From Aplysia californica (taxonomy: Eukaryota): a stretch of DNA of 64,000 nucleotides. The stretch lies in the NCBI RefSeq assembly GCF_000002075.1, contig NW_004798385.1, forward strand, positions 71,624-135,623, given 5' to 3'. A program made the translations under genes and the position numbers. The first letter of the stretch is position 1. Every line of letters begins with the position of its first letter. The notes beneath the pieces are model-generated. The model worked only from the letters and a program-made list of their open reading frames with translations. It was not told where the DNA came from and did not search any database. This document shows, in pieces, positions 1 through 12,390 of this stretch.

Positions 1-2036
1 GATTTATTAATAATAAGCGAATGGAGTGGCCCATGTGTGAGTATGCGTGTGTGTGTAAGTCAGTGTGTGTGTAAGATGTGACCGGGGGGGAGGGGGGACG
101 TGGAGCAGTTTTGTTTTTCTTTTACATGAAGGATTTTAGTTTTTGCTGGGTGACTAAATGCAAAATAGGTTACTGCCAAGGTCGAGCAATCTTGTTTTCT
201 CGCAGTACCTTTTGAAAATATTTTCAAATGAAGAATAGTCGGGGAGGTTGCCCCAACCACAACTGAAGTATCTGAATATTCAGACATTATAAAAATCTCT
301 AGCTCTAAAAATTGAATTCGAAGCAAAAAATGCTTCCTCACAGAATGCCAGAATGAAATTATGCAAGGATGATGCCTAAATCTCACAAATAACCAAAAAA
401 TCTCGAGATCAGAAACCGTTAAGAGAAATAGAGTTCAACTTCATTTTCCTGGGCGTTCTGAAAAATAGTCACTTCGGTTTTTTTACCCCAGGGGCCCCCC
501 TGAAACCCCCCGATTGGTCCGAAGCGGACAAATTACAAAGCGGTGAGCCATAATATGATATGATAGCTCAATTAAAAAACAATCAAATATTTCAGAAACT
601 ATTAATGTGCGGCGGAAATGAAGTTGATATTCGTGTTCAGCGCTTCAATATTTAACTTAGAAAATGGACAATTGGTAGCTGATTGTGAGACGGGATGGAA
701 AGTAAAAGAATAACTGAAATTATAAGGTGTTAACATCAGATGAGCGTCCATATCCATATTATTGTTGACATTGCACTAAGCCGAAGTTAATGTCATACGT
801 ATGATAGAAATAACTTACCTAGATAATGAATTACATGTCTAATTCCTCCTCCTTCAGGCAGGTGTCAGGCGTGGAGCAGGCACCAACGATCACAAGACCT
901 TAAAAAACAGATAGGATGCCACCTTTGAGCTTCCTAGTCTAGTATACGGTTTTATAAGATGGATCCACAAAAAGCGCTGCGCGATCCATCGATCTAGATT
1001 TACAGAATGCGCAACTATCGATGGATTGTTGCGCATTCCATGGATTCACAAAATGTGTTTTGCAATCCACAGAGATCGCGCTAATTGACATTTAAATTTA
1101 TAACACGCCTATAGTCTATCATCAACATAAGTTCTAGAATTTAACTCGTCTTAGTAAGTTTTTCCGTGGGCTAACCGATGGCAAAAGTTTACTTACCATT
1201 ATCATTGTTCGCAATTTTCTGATGGGTTTTGAGTTTTTAAAAGGAAGGAAGCATCAGAAAGACTGCTAAACAAATCTGCAACTGAAGATGCTCTGCGAAC
1301 TAATTAACTAAAGTTTTAGAAATTGTTGAATCTCAGTCAGTTGAGTCAAAACTAGATCTAGTAAAAACTAATTTACTCAAGTGTAATCTTTTCGGTTTCC
1401 TTCATTTGTATTATTTTACTTTCACTATCTCATGTTCATTTAGACTGTTGTAAACAAATGTATAGGCCTAGCCCTTTTCTTTCTCATTCATTTTTAATGG
1501 ATTTTTTTTACATGAGTCGTTGGCTTTATTTATTATATCCATGGCAAATTAATAGTTTTTGAGGTAGCCTTCTATTATTTTATTCATGGACCTTTTTCAT
1601 GCTAAGATATTCTAAAGCGCTTGTTCCTTTTTATCTGTTTTACACCAATTTTGACTTTCTACCCAGCACTGTTTTGAACTCTGAAATTTGACTCATGCTC
1701 AAAACATGAAGTGAGATCTGATACAGCTAAAACTGAACATGGCAATACCAACCATGTTAAAAGTTGGAATGGGGATAAATTGATAACAAAAATCTTTTCT
1801 TAGACTTGAAAATATTTCATGCGTATTAAGTAATCGAATGACACGCCATTTTAAAAAAAAACCTGAACATCCTTAATGTTTGTCTTGTATTTGCAGCTGA
1901 AATTCAAATCTTACATTGTCTGCTTGCTTTTTTATCTTACAGCTGTGAGCACCAGTCTTCAATTGAATGACTGATTTTTGTTTATGAGGTGCTATGAGGA
2001 GATTAATGTGAGTATCTATCTTTTTTTTCATTTAAG

Positions 2037-5000
2037 GAACCGAAGCAGTGAGGTGCCACTGCCATCCTTGTTACAATTCTGACACAAATGGCACCTGTGA
2101 AACGTTGCCTGGGGGAGCTTGTTACGCTTCCAAGTCTCTGACTCCGCTGACAGACTGGGAGGATCTGGAGACCCGGACATGGGGCTGCCTGGCCCCGGAG
2201 GGAGGGACCTTACTGCAGGTGAGGAAGTGACTCTGGCCTGGCCAGATGGCAGGTGGTACACGGACGGAACAAATACTGAGTTGCAAATAACTTTTACAAG
2301 AGTTGAAAAAGTGTTATTTTTTATTGCGTACCCGCATTTAAAAAAAAAAATTGAAATTGTAAATTCTAGCCACCAGGGTGTATGCTTTGTGGCCTTCTGT
2401 AAAAGTGGTAATCTACGGCCAGCTGAAGACCTTGAGGGCTCTTACATGGATTTCACGGGATGCAACTCAGCTCTTACCCATTGGCTTCTCTTGTTTGTAC
2501 AATGATAAGAGTGGGGTTGGCCTTTTTTTTTTATATCAAATGTGTGTGTGTGGTTTTCTTGAAAGGTAACAGTCGTTTTGGGTGCAAGAGAGAACTAGAG
2601 GCTTCAAAGTGAATATTTACTATGCAACATTGTCACTTTGATTTGATAGGGAGTGGAAACAGTATATGCTGGTTTGTGTAAAGAACAAATGACCATGAAT
2701 GGCCAAACTTTTATAAGACCATTTCGTGTGTCACTGCCGTTACATAATGAAGTGTGGCCCAGCATTGTAGCTGTTATTCTTATTTGTTTTCAGAATGATG
2801 AAAATTATATCTGATTGCCTTGTGACCTGTGTGTTTTGTTTTAGTGTCAGCCATCAGCGGTGCCGCACAGAGAGGTCTCGGCCTGTTGCAAGAACGAAGA
2901 CCTGTGCAATCTGAACCTGAACTTGACTTTCTCGGAGGAAGATTTTCTCCCCGGTGTAGGTGAGTCCCACCAGATACACCATCATACACACGCCACTTTG
3001 TTGTTTCTTTCTTTTGTCCCGGTCTCCTGCTAGAATAATAACTTTTTCATAAGTTATTTTACAGAAGGAAAGGTAGTTAAAAAAGGATACATTTTCCTTG
3101 GTGCTGCATGCATCTTTTTTTTTTCTTAAGAGTGCTCTCTGTTACTGTTTATTTATCTGTGGTTTTTAATAATTTCTTTAAGTGTAAATTTCAACGATTT
3201 TTTTGTTGGGGGGGGGGGGGGGTGGAGGTATATATATATATATATATGATTTTTCAATGCTGCTTCAGTATGCATACTATACAGATAAGGATTTGAGCAC
3301 TTGAAGAATGAAATGGTCTGTGCTTTATGGGTGGTTCTGTTTTCTCCTCCTTTCTTGTCCAACTTCTATTGTCTTTATCTCTCTTCTTTCTTTTCTATGT
3401 TACTCTCTAGTGACACATCTATTTTTGGGGCACTTATTTGATGTTTGTGTTGTAATGGAGGTAAAACTCTTACTGAAGCAAAACAAAATGTTGTGTGTTT
3501 TCAGTGCACCCGTCTGACCCTGAGAAGAGAGCTGAAAACGTCACACAGATAGTTCTCCTCATCTCCGTCACGGTTTTCCTCCTCATCCTCATCGTGGCCA
3601 TCACCATTGTCTACCTCAGGTAACTGGGAGACTTCTTTATCTTTGATGTATGTGCAGACTGGTTTTTAAAAGTAGCAAAAGAGGGGAGTTGCTGCTGCCG
3701 ATGGACGGGAGACTATGCATGCACACTTACAGTCTGAGATATGACTACTCACACTCTCACTTTTACTGACACAAAAACTCTTGGGTGTGGGTGGTTGGCA
3801 GATGCTGGGGTGTGGTTTGCTCCTTCTTTCTTTTCTTATCAAATTTCCATCGTCCTTACTCTCCTCCTTCTTTTATTTACATATATTACAATGAAGTAAC
3901 ACCATGGGTGGTTGGTGGGTGCTCTGGTGTTGTCTGCTCCTTCTTTCCTACCAAACGTCTATCACCCTTATCTCTCTCTTTCATCTTTTTTGTGTTTGCT
4001 ACTCTCTTGTATCACCTCTAATCTTTGTCACTTAAATGGCCTTATTGTGTTGCAAGAGCCGTAAAACTCTTACTAAGTGAAATGAAATAGCACCTCCAAT
4101 CTTCAGCACTTAAATGACTTAATTGTCTTTCAAGTGGTGTAAAGCTCTTGCTAAATCTGAAAAAGAAACCCTCTGAGGTCATTGGGGAAGGGTTTTGTCT
4201 TCCAATAAGAACATTTCCATCTCGGTTTGATTTATTGATTTAAAACTAGTACTGGGTTAATATTGTATTCTTGTATGTGATAGATGTGATTTTCAAAGAG
4301 AAGGGGGTGGTTTGTTTTTTGCTGCTTTTTAAAACGGCAAATAGTGTGAGTCTGCAGTATTGTTGGGCATTAACCAATGAGGGACAAGAAAATTTCTCAC
4401 AGGAATAACCAAAATTTCATTTCCCCTTAATATAATAAGATCTTGCCCATCACATGGTTATTGTAAGTGTCTTATGAGCAGAAAAGACTATACTGTCGTT
4501 CGTCTCCCATCACAGGTTCAAGAGGCAAGAGTTCAGGAGGAAGCAGCTCTTGGTGGACTCTGAGCACGAGACATTTGTTCCGGTGGGTCAGACGTTGCAC
4601 AGTCTGATTGACGAGTCACAGAGCTCTGGCAGCGGCTCCGGCCTGCCTCTCATAGTAAGACAAGCTGCTGGTTTTGTTCTCTCTGTCNNNNNNNNNNNNN
4701 NNNNNNNNNNNNNNNNNNNNNNNNNNNNNNNNNNNNNNNNNNNNNNNNNNNNNNNNNNNNNNNNNNNNNNNNNNNNNNNNNNNNNNNNNNNNNNNNNNNN
4801 NNNNNNNNNNNNNNNNNNNNNNNNNNNNNNNNNNNNNNNNNNNNNNNNNNNNNNNNNNNNNNNNNNNNNNNNNNNNNNNNNNNNNNNNNNNNNNNNNNNN
4901 NNNNNNNNCTTGTCTCAATATTTTCATATTGATCATATTTTCTCCTGTTCCTCACCCCTCTTAGCTGTCTTACCTTCCCAGGACTGGAAATTTTTCCGCT

Positions 5001-8000
5001 AGCCTCACGCTTCCCTCAGTCAAGTTGTACTCAAAATAACCTAGAGGGATACTAAGATTTACAGGGAATTTAAAAGTATTTACACTTCCAGAGGAAGTTG
5101 CTCTTTGAAATATATTTACGACTTCCTTTTATCAACAATGTTCTCAGGCAAAAAAGAGGATGTTACTTCTGCATATTACCTTTTCCTAATTTGTTACAGT
5201 TTTATTTATCTCCCCGTGAAAATTCTTGTTGACTTTCGTCTGTTGTACACAATCATTTCAAACAGGGACAGTCAAAGGTGGCCACCTATTGTCAGTGAGA
5301 AAAGTCTTTGTCTTAGACAGGTGAATGTCTTGAACAGCAAATTTTTTTAATGCGGAGGGGGGGGAGGGGAGTGTATGTGAAATCATTTTAACAGGTGATT
5401 GTCTCGGACAGGTGGCCGTTAGAGCAGGTTTCATTGTATTTCCATTGTTTCCAGTGCGTCTCCGTGCCCAACTGTACTCTCTTTGTTGTCCTCAGGTTCA
5501 GAGAACAATAGCCAAGCAGATCACTCTGGTGCGAAGTATTGGCAAGGGGCGTTTCGGGGAAGTTTGGAAGGCCAAATGGCGTGGGGAGAACGTTGCCGTG
5601 AAAATTTTCTTCACCACGGAAGAACAGAGCTGGTTCAGAGAGACGGAGCTGTATCAAACTGTGCTGCTCAGACACGAGAATATCCTCGGTGAGTGCTGGT
5701 GTATAGTGGAGGGGTGGGAATTGGTAGTTGTTTCTGAGGGTATTGGTTCAAGTCTTTCTTCAGAACACTATGGTCATTTGAGAAGCAGAGGAAAAATGTA
5801 TCTGTATTTTTTTTAAATTCTGCTGGTGAATGTACAAATTTTTTTTAACGTATTTTTTAAAAACATTTTCTTCTGTCTGCCGGAAAGCTCGTTTATATAT
5901 ATGACTTGTTATTGAATGCTTTTGTCGTATCAGGTTTCATTGCGGCAGACATCAAAGGCACGGGCTCGTGGACGCAGCTCTACCTGATCACAGACTACCA
6001 TGAGAACGGTTCGCTCTACGACTACCTACGTCTGCACGCCCTTGACACCTCCGAGATGTTGTACCTGGCACACTCGGCCGCCTGTGGCATCTCACACCTA
6101 CACGTGGAGATTTTTGGCACTAGAGGTTGGTCTTTGAGAAAACGTATGAGTAGTTTTTTGGAATGTCTCTGTGTAGTATCTCTGAGAATACATGCGTGTG
6201 TCTGTGCAAGTTTTCTGAGTAAACTTCCATATGTTGTTTTTATGCGTGTATGTGTATATGTATATGTCTATGTGTAAGATCTCTTGAGAATATATGCCAC
6301 GAGAAAAAACTTGTGTCTTTTCTAGGTTATTTTTTTATATTTTGAAATTTGAATTTCAATAAATTATTTCTCGAGTACGTGCAACCGATACCACAGATTA
6401 AGAAACTGCAGTAAAAATGTTTTTTAAAACTTCTGGGCTTAGTACATCTGAACAGCTGGCAGGCATAATGTAATACGGTGCACTGTTCTTGAATAGAAAA
6501 GTAGTCTCAAAATGCCATTAGCTTTTCCTTTCCAAAGAGGTTTATTTTTTTCCTGTCATTTTGTTACTGGTTGCTTCTTTTATTTAACTCTTGGTATTTA
6601 CTTTTGAAAGTTCTTTTATTAACTTTTGAAAGAACTTTTATTTTCTTGTCGGGACATAATCAGCCATGATTCCTTTATCACGTCTCCATTGTTCTCTCGC
6701 GCAGGCAAACCCGCCATAGCCCACAGAGATGTGAAGAGCAAGAACATTTTGGTTCGGAAGAACGGCACGTGCTGCATCGCTGATCTGGGTCTGGCCGTCA
6801 AATACGTCAGGTGTGTTTGCTTAACCCTATCCCAAGCGCAATTTACTTTATTGTATCATACATAATTAATTCAGCTGAGGTAAAATTAAGTGAGAGGTGG
6901 CATTGCTCAAGTGGGAATATCAAAGAGTTCATAAAGAAAAAGTAGACCTCCTTTTTTGTGTGTGTGTTTGGTGCTCTCTTGTAGCACCTCTAATCTTTTG
7001 CTCTAATATGACCTAATTATGTGATACACCTTTTTTTGTGTGTTTGGTGCTCTCTTGTAGCACCTCTCATCTCAGGCACTTATATGACCTAATTGTGTTA
7101 TAGAGGGCAGGGTTCAAACAACCGGCCTCATAAATATAAAAAAGTGGTGATGTAGCTGTAAAACGTGCATTTGTATAACAACAACAACAACAACAGCAAT
7201 ACCACAACAACGACCACTGTGTCCTCAGTGAGAACAATGAGGTGGACCTGGCCTCCAACACCAGATGTGGGACCAAACGCTACATGGCCCCCGAGGTGCT
7301 GGAAGAGACGCTGAACAAGAACCACTTTGACTCGTACAAGCAGGCGGACATGTACGCCTTTGGCCTGGTCCTTTGGGAGATTGCCCGCCGCTGCGTCATA
7401 CGAGGTGAGATTGTGATACGGTCGTTTCACCCTTTGTGCGGGTGGGGTGAGATTGTGACACCATTGTTTCACCCTTTGTGGGGTGAGATTGTGATACTGT
7501 TGTTTCACCCTTTGTGGGGTTGAGATTGTGATACAATTGTTTCAGCCTTTGTGGGGTGAGATTGTGATACGGTTGTTTCACCCTTTGTGGGGTGGGGTGA
7601 GATTGTGATACTGTTGTTTCACCCTTTGTGGGGTGAGATTGTGATACCATTGTTTTGTCCTTTGTGGGGTGAGATTGTGACACCATTGTTTTGTCCTTTT
7701 GAGGTGAGATTGTGACACCATTGTTTTGTCCTTGTGGGGTGAGATGGTGACACCATTGTTTTGTCCTTTGTTGGTGTGAGATTGTGACACCATTGTTTCA
7801 CCCTTTGTGGGGTGAGATTGTGACACCATTGTTTCACCCTTTGTGGGGTGAGATTGTGACACCATCGTTTCACCCTTTGTGGGGTGAGATTGTGACACCA
7901 TCGTTTCACCCTTTGTGGGGTGAGATTGTGACACCATTGTTTTGTCCCTTGTGGGGTGAGATTGTGACACCATTGTTTTACCCTTTGTGGGATATTGGCG

Positions 8001-8898
8001 GGTGCTCTGGTTTGGTTTGGTTCTTCTTTCCTATCAACAAACATATATCGTCATTATATCCCTTTCTTCTTTTTTTGTGCTTGTTACTCTCTTGTAACGC
8101 CTCTAATCTTCTGGCGCGCATTTGACCTTATGCAGTTGCGAGCGCTGTAAAACCTCTACTAAAACTAAACTAAACAAATGTGCAGTGAACACAGTAATGA
8201 CCTTGTTTGTCTTATCCGCCTGCAGGGTTTGTCCAGGAGGCGGAGCTGCCGTACTATGAGTACGTGGGCCAGGACCCGGGCATCGAGGACATGAGGAAGA
8301 TCGTCAGCGTGGAGAAGTTGAGGCCAACCATCCCGGCCGTGTGGGAGGAGCAGGAGGTTTGTGCAGGACTTGCGCTTGTCTGTCTTGTGGAGAAAGCTGT
8401 TTGATATGGTGGTTGGCTGGCGGGAGCTCTGGTGTGGTCTGCTCCTTCTTTCCTATCAAACATTGATCGTCCTCATCTCTCCTCGTGGGTGGTTGACGGG
8501 TGCTCTGGTGTGGTTTGCTTCTTCTTTCCTATCAAACATCTATCGTCCTTATCTCCCCTTCTTCTTTTTTATGTTTGTTACTCTCTTGTAACACCTCTAC
8601 TGGCGCTCATATGACCTTATGCATTTGCGAGCACCGTAAAACCTCTACTAAAACAAAATGGTAATATTGGTTGGTTTGTGTATTGGTAATGTCGATAAAC
8701 AAGTAAAGTTTGGTCGATGTGTTTACTGGTAATGCTGTGGCTAAATCTGCTCTCGTCTCCTGTCCCCAGTACCTGAAGGTGATGGGCCGACTGATGTGTG
8801 AGTGCTGGCACCCGAGCCCCGCGGCCCGGCTCACCTGTCTGCGTATCAAGAAGACGCTCAGTAAGATGATCGAAACCATCGAGTCTGCACCAAAGTAA
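2037..8898 (+). CDS. BMPR1: BMP type I receptor, ALK3/ALK6 (BMPR1A/B, thickveins) class; 5'-partial
   Basis: Exons 2037-2218, 2845-2959, 3505-3619, 4516-4654, 5496-5688, 5934-6125, 6705-6810, 7229-7404, 8226-8356, 8770-8898, all AG/GT flanked with consistent phases (~491 aa in window). Ectodomain has 10 Cys ending CCKNEDLCN; TM helix [23 protein letters not shown]; GS box [20 protein letters not shown]; [30 protein letters not shown]45 loop [11 protein letters not shown] marks the ALK3/6 class. The first exon found starts in phase 1, so the start/signal-peptide exon lies upstream. Confidence 0.95.
4688..4908. other. Assembly gap
   Basis: Run of N inside a BMPR1 intron. Confidence 1.
7405..7991 (+). 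repeat. 36-bp minisatellite, ~16 copies, starting at the BMPR1 splice donor
   Basis: Unit GTGAGATTGTGACACCATTGTTTCACCCTTTGTGGG; unit starts at about 7405, 7447, 7483, 7519, 7556, 7597, 7633, 7669, 7704, 7739, 7776, 7812, 7848, 7884, 7920, 7956. Confidence 0.95.
7995..8175 (+). mobile_element. ~180-bp headless retroposon copy abutting the donor minisatellite
   Basis: Matches the family consensus. Confidence 0.85.
8487..8658 (+). mobile_element. ~180-bp headless dispersed retroposon (representative copy; >20 copies/fragments in window)
   Basis: Consensus GGGTGGTTGGCGGGTGCTCTGGTGTGGTTTGCTTCTTCTTTCCTATCAAACATCTATCGTCCTTATCTCCCC..TTACTCTCTTGTAACACCTCTAATCTTC..GGCGCTCATATGACCTTATGCAGTTGCGAGCGCCGTAAAACCTCTACTAAAAC(T)AAAA. 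+ copies near 3310, 3783, 3906, 6948, 7995, 8407, 8487, 9945, 14100, 14181, 18117, 25111, 54661, 57845; - copies near 29487, 30001, 30379, 32041, 32620, 35245, 37922, 39126, 40722, 48848, 63915. Confidence 0.9.
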
Positions 8899-8910
8899 AT
8901 AGGGGGCCAC

Positions 8911-9264
8911 AGAAGGAGGTTCAACTTTACGTCTACGAAGTTTCCTTATAACAGGAGACATAAGAGGAGGTGCAACTTTATGTCAAAGAGTTTCCTTATA
9001 ACAAGAGACATTGAAAGAGGTGCAACTTTATGTGTACGAGTTTCCTTATAACAGGAGACATTGAAGGAGATGCATCTTTATGTCCACAAGTTTCCTTATA
9101 ACAGGAGACATTGAAGGAGGTGCAACTTTACTTTGAGAAGTTCGTTACCACAGGAGACAGTAGAGGAGGTGTATCATTTCTTCTTGAAGTTTCCTCGTAG
9201 AATGAGGTACCACATTTCTTCCCAAAGTTTCCTTATAGCTGGAGACAGAAACGGAAGTGCAACT
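8911..9264 (+). repeat. 50-bp minisatellite at the start of the BMPR1 3' UTR
   Basis: TTTCCTTATA recurs at 8941, 8991, 9041, 9091; degenerate copies follow. Confidence 0.9.
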
Positions 9265-10359
9265 GTTCTCCCCAAATGTTACAGGATTTAGAAATTCCAT
9301 GAGCTGTGTTTCTCCAATGGGTCTCCCCCACCCCCAAAACACACAGTCACACACATACACACGCACGCACAGTTACACAAACACACAACAGCTTTTCTGG
9401 AAGCAAAGAAAGAAAGACTGTGGAGTAGCCGGCTTGCCACATGGACTGACCAGGTGTTGACTGGTTGTACTTGAGCCGTGGGGACCTCTGTTTTTTTGTG
9501 CATATGTGTGGTTCCCTGTCATTCTGCGGGACTGACCGTCGGTCCATTTCTCTTCCGGCATGCTTCAAGGGCGCCACGTACGGCTGAATTGACCTGTGTG
9601 GCAGGTTTAGCAGTCTTTTCTACTTGGGTTGGGATCACACAGAAGTGGAGCTTCCAGTGTGTTAAAGTCATCCTTTTGGGGGTTTTTTTGGTTGTTGTTT
9701 GTTTTGGGGTTTTTTTTTGGGGGGTCTGTGTACCCACTTGTCCGCCCTTGCAGGTGTAGATAATCGTAAGTCATGTGATTGGTCTGAAAGTCTGACTTGA
9801 TCATTTGTACACGCATACAATAAATTGTCAACATTTACGCATTATACACAGTATCCCTCAGATTCAAACTTACAAACACCCCAAGCAGGTGACTTCTGTG
9901 ACACCATGCAGGTGACTTCTGTGACACTATGCAGGTGACTTCTATGGTTTGCTCCTTGTTTCCTATCAGACATCTATCGGTCTGATCTCCCCTCCTTTTT
10001 TTTTTTGTTGTGTTTGTTGATCTTGTAATGCCTCTAATCTTCGGCACTTATATGACCTTTTTGTGTTGCAAGTGCTGTAAGACTCTTACTAAAACAAAAC
10101 ACACCATGACTAATGTACACTGTGCAGGGCCCTGTTGTTTGAGATAGGGTTCTCGTTGACACAGCTCTAGTGTGGAGAACGTTACAGCAAGGATTTGCAT
10201 ATCGTCATTTGCAAACCTCCGATGCCAGCTGAGTTTTACCGTTTCATTTTGCAGCAGTGATTTTATACCTTAAAATTACTTTAAGAAAAGCATATGATCA
10301 AAAGCAAATTTGGAGATGTAGTCTAGCATGCACATAGCAAACACACAGCGAAGAGCACC

Positions 10360-10690
10360 CGTAGTGACGTGGCGTAGTGGTTAGGCTATCGGACTCACAA
10401 CCATAATGTTTGTAGCCTTACGTTTTGTCCTTAAGAATGGCACTTTACACAAATTTTCCTCACTTCAGCCAGATGAGAATGGGTACCTGGCTATAGGCTG
10501 CAAAAGATCTTGTCAGTTTGTTAGTGTTTGAGCACTTAATTAACTGCTTGCACTGTTACCCTTCCCAGGAAACTGAGAATGTTTCCAAGAGTTCTGGGAT
10601 CTGTTAGGGTAATAGTATAGTGTAAAGTCCATAGAGTTTGCTGTGGAGTGGGGAAATGTGCTATACAAATGCTATTTCTTATTATTACAT
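10360..10690 (+). mobile_element. tRNA-derived SINE with CORE-like centre and L2-like tail
   Basis: TGGCGTAGTGGTTAG head, GTCCTT..GGCACTTTACAC..CTCACT..AATGGGTACC core, TGTAAAG..AGAG..GCTATACAAATG..TATTATTA tail. A related 5' half lies on - at ~60450-60576. Confidence 0.7.
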
Positions 10691-12233
10691 AGTGAAAAGA
10701 TGTTCAGGTCTTTTGTTCTTATGTATATATAACCTGAAATTCGTACATAATGAAAAGGTTTGAATTTGCTATGTTCCTGCTGGACTGTTCTATATGTCCA
10801 CTTTTTTTGTCTTTAAAGTATCTTTTCAGCTTCTTTCTTGCAGAAGCTTGTTATAAATACAGTCCTTGTGATCAAACTGTCTACAAAACAATTTCCATAC
10901 CCCTGATTGTGTTCTGCCATGTATGTACTTCTCCCTCCGTTTTCCCACAGGATTTTTACATTATTTATAGCAATTATTGGCCTGTTTCTGCTGTACTTAT
11001 CTCGCTGGACACAAGCTGTGATCACAAGCCGGGAATGTGAACAAATTTGGAAAGATTTTATTGTTATTATAATAACTGTACTTAATGGGCCTAGTCTCAC
11101 ACTCGCACTTATTTTTTTTCCTGAAGCGGTGGCACCTCTCGACTGTTTAGTTTTCGCCGAAGCACAAGTTTGAATTACATTTGCCAGGATGAGAATATGT
11201 TGAGCATTTTTTTTACAGCTTGCAGGTTCAAACTGGACAAAGGTCAACATTTTTTTTTTTCCTAAAACATTTTATGTTCTTATCCTGTGGCTATGATAAG
11301 GGCTCCTGATGTATACATATCCACTTTCTATTTCTGTCAGCAGGTTTATGCACCAAACTTTTACACATTTCTGCCTTTCACCTTTCTGGTAACTTGTGTT
11401 TGTTCCTTTCTTTGGTTTCTTGTTTATTTTTAAAAAATTATTTTGGGGGGGGGGGGGGCTTTTATTTGTTTGTTGGGTTTTTTTTACGGGGGTGGGAGGG
11501 ATGATTACTGGATGGCTTTAAATCACAAAGAGAATTGCTGACTTTGTTATTTGTGTGTTTAATCAGCAGCTATGTAATCATGATCTGACGGTCTAATCAA
11601 AAGCATTATCACAGCATTTCCACGTGTTTCTGCGGCTATGTTCTATGTATATATGTATATGTATATATATCAAAATGTATTTAAAGAATTGTACATTACT
11701 TCTATGTATGTGAGTGTGTCTGTGTGTTCATGCAAGCTGTACCGATATCAAGGTGTAGAGTTTAATCATGCCTTTTGTTGTCACTCGTGTCCATAAAATT
11801 TTGAGCATTTCAGCTGCAGCGGAATCATTTTCTTCCTTCAGGAAAACCTTTTGTCTTGGTAAAGTGTCTGAAGTGTAACTGAAAATCGTTTTCTTTTGTG
11901 CATGAGAATTTTAATGTAAGCTCAGTGAAAGTTGGTTTTCTTGGCAATCTCACTTGATGTACAAGTTGCGGATGTCAACTGGTATTTTGATGATGTTGAG
12001 AATAGTGCCTGGGTTTTGGGTTTTTGCCTATTTTTGTTTGTTTTTTAAACTGTGCCCTACATATTTTCAAGTTGTATGTTGAGCTATGCACCTTTGTATC
12101 CATAGCAATGGCATTTCATTTATTTTGTATCATTTTTTTTATTTTTTTTGAGTCTTCAGCATTTTACACAATTTGTTTTGTATTACAAATATATATATTT
12201 ATCATTTTCACCCACTGCTGATTGAGTCTTGGC

Positions 12234-12390
12234 TGTCTTGTTCAAGCTTGTTGTGTGATTGTCTTGTTCAAGCTTAGGTGTGTGATTGTCTTGTTCAAGC
12301 TTAGGTGTGTGATTGTCTTGTTCAAGCTTGTTGTGTGATTGTCTTGTTCAAGCTTGTTGTGTGATTGTCTTGTTCAAGCTTAAGTGTGTG
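12234..12390 (+). repeat. 26-27-bp minisatellite
   Basis: GATTGTCTTGTTCAAGCTT(AGG/GT)TGTGT, about 6 copies. Confidence 0.9.

Noticed and set aside
130-760. Possible transposon-derived segment
   Set aside because: It looks repeat-like in composition, but I found no termini, TSD or second copy in the window.
2119-2505. 128-aa ORF overlapping the first BMPR1 exon
   Set aside because: Off-frame relative to the cysteine-patterned ectodomain and runs into intron sequence.
7405-7991. CRISPR-like 36-bp repeats and repetitive ORFs on both strands
   Set aside because: Units are contiguous with no unique spacers, there are no cas genes, and the array is in a eukaryotic intron. The ORFs arise because the period is a multiple of 3.
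8602-8640. SECIS-like reading of the ATGA-containing hairpin
   Set aside because: It lacks the GA quartet and apical AA geometry, none of the genes has an in-frame UGA, and it is explained as a retroposon tail.
8911-9264. Repeat-spacer (CRISPR-like) pattern
   Set aside because: Variable segments are under ~10 nt and related to each other; this is a 3' UTR minisatellite.
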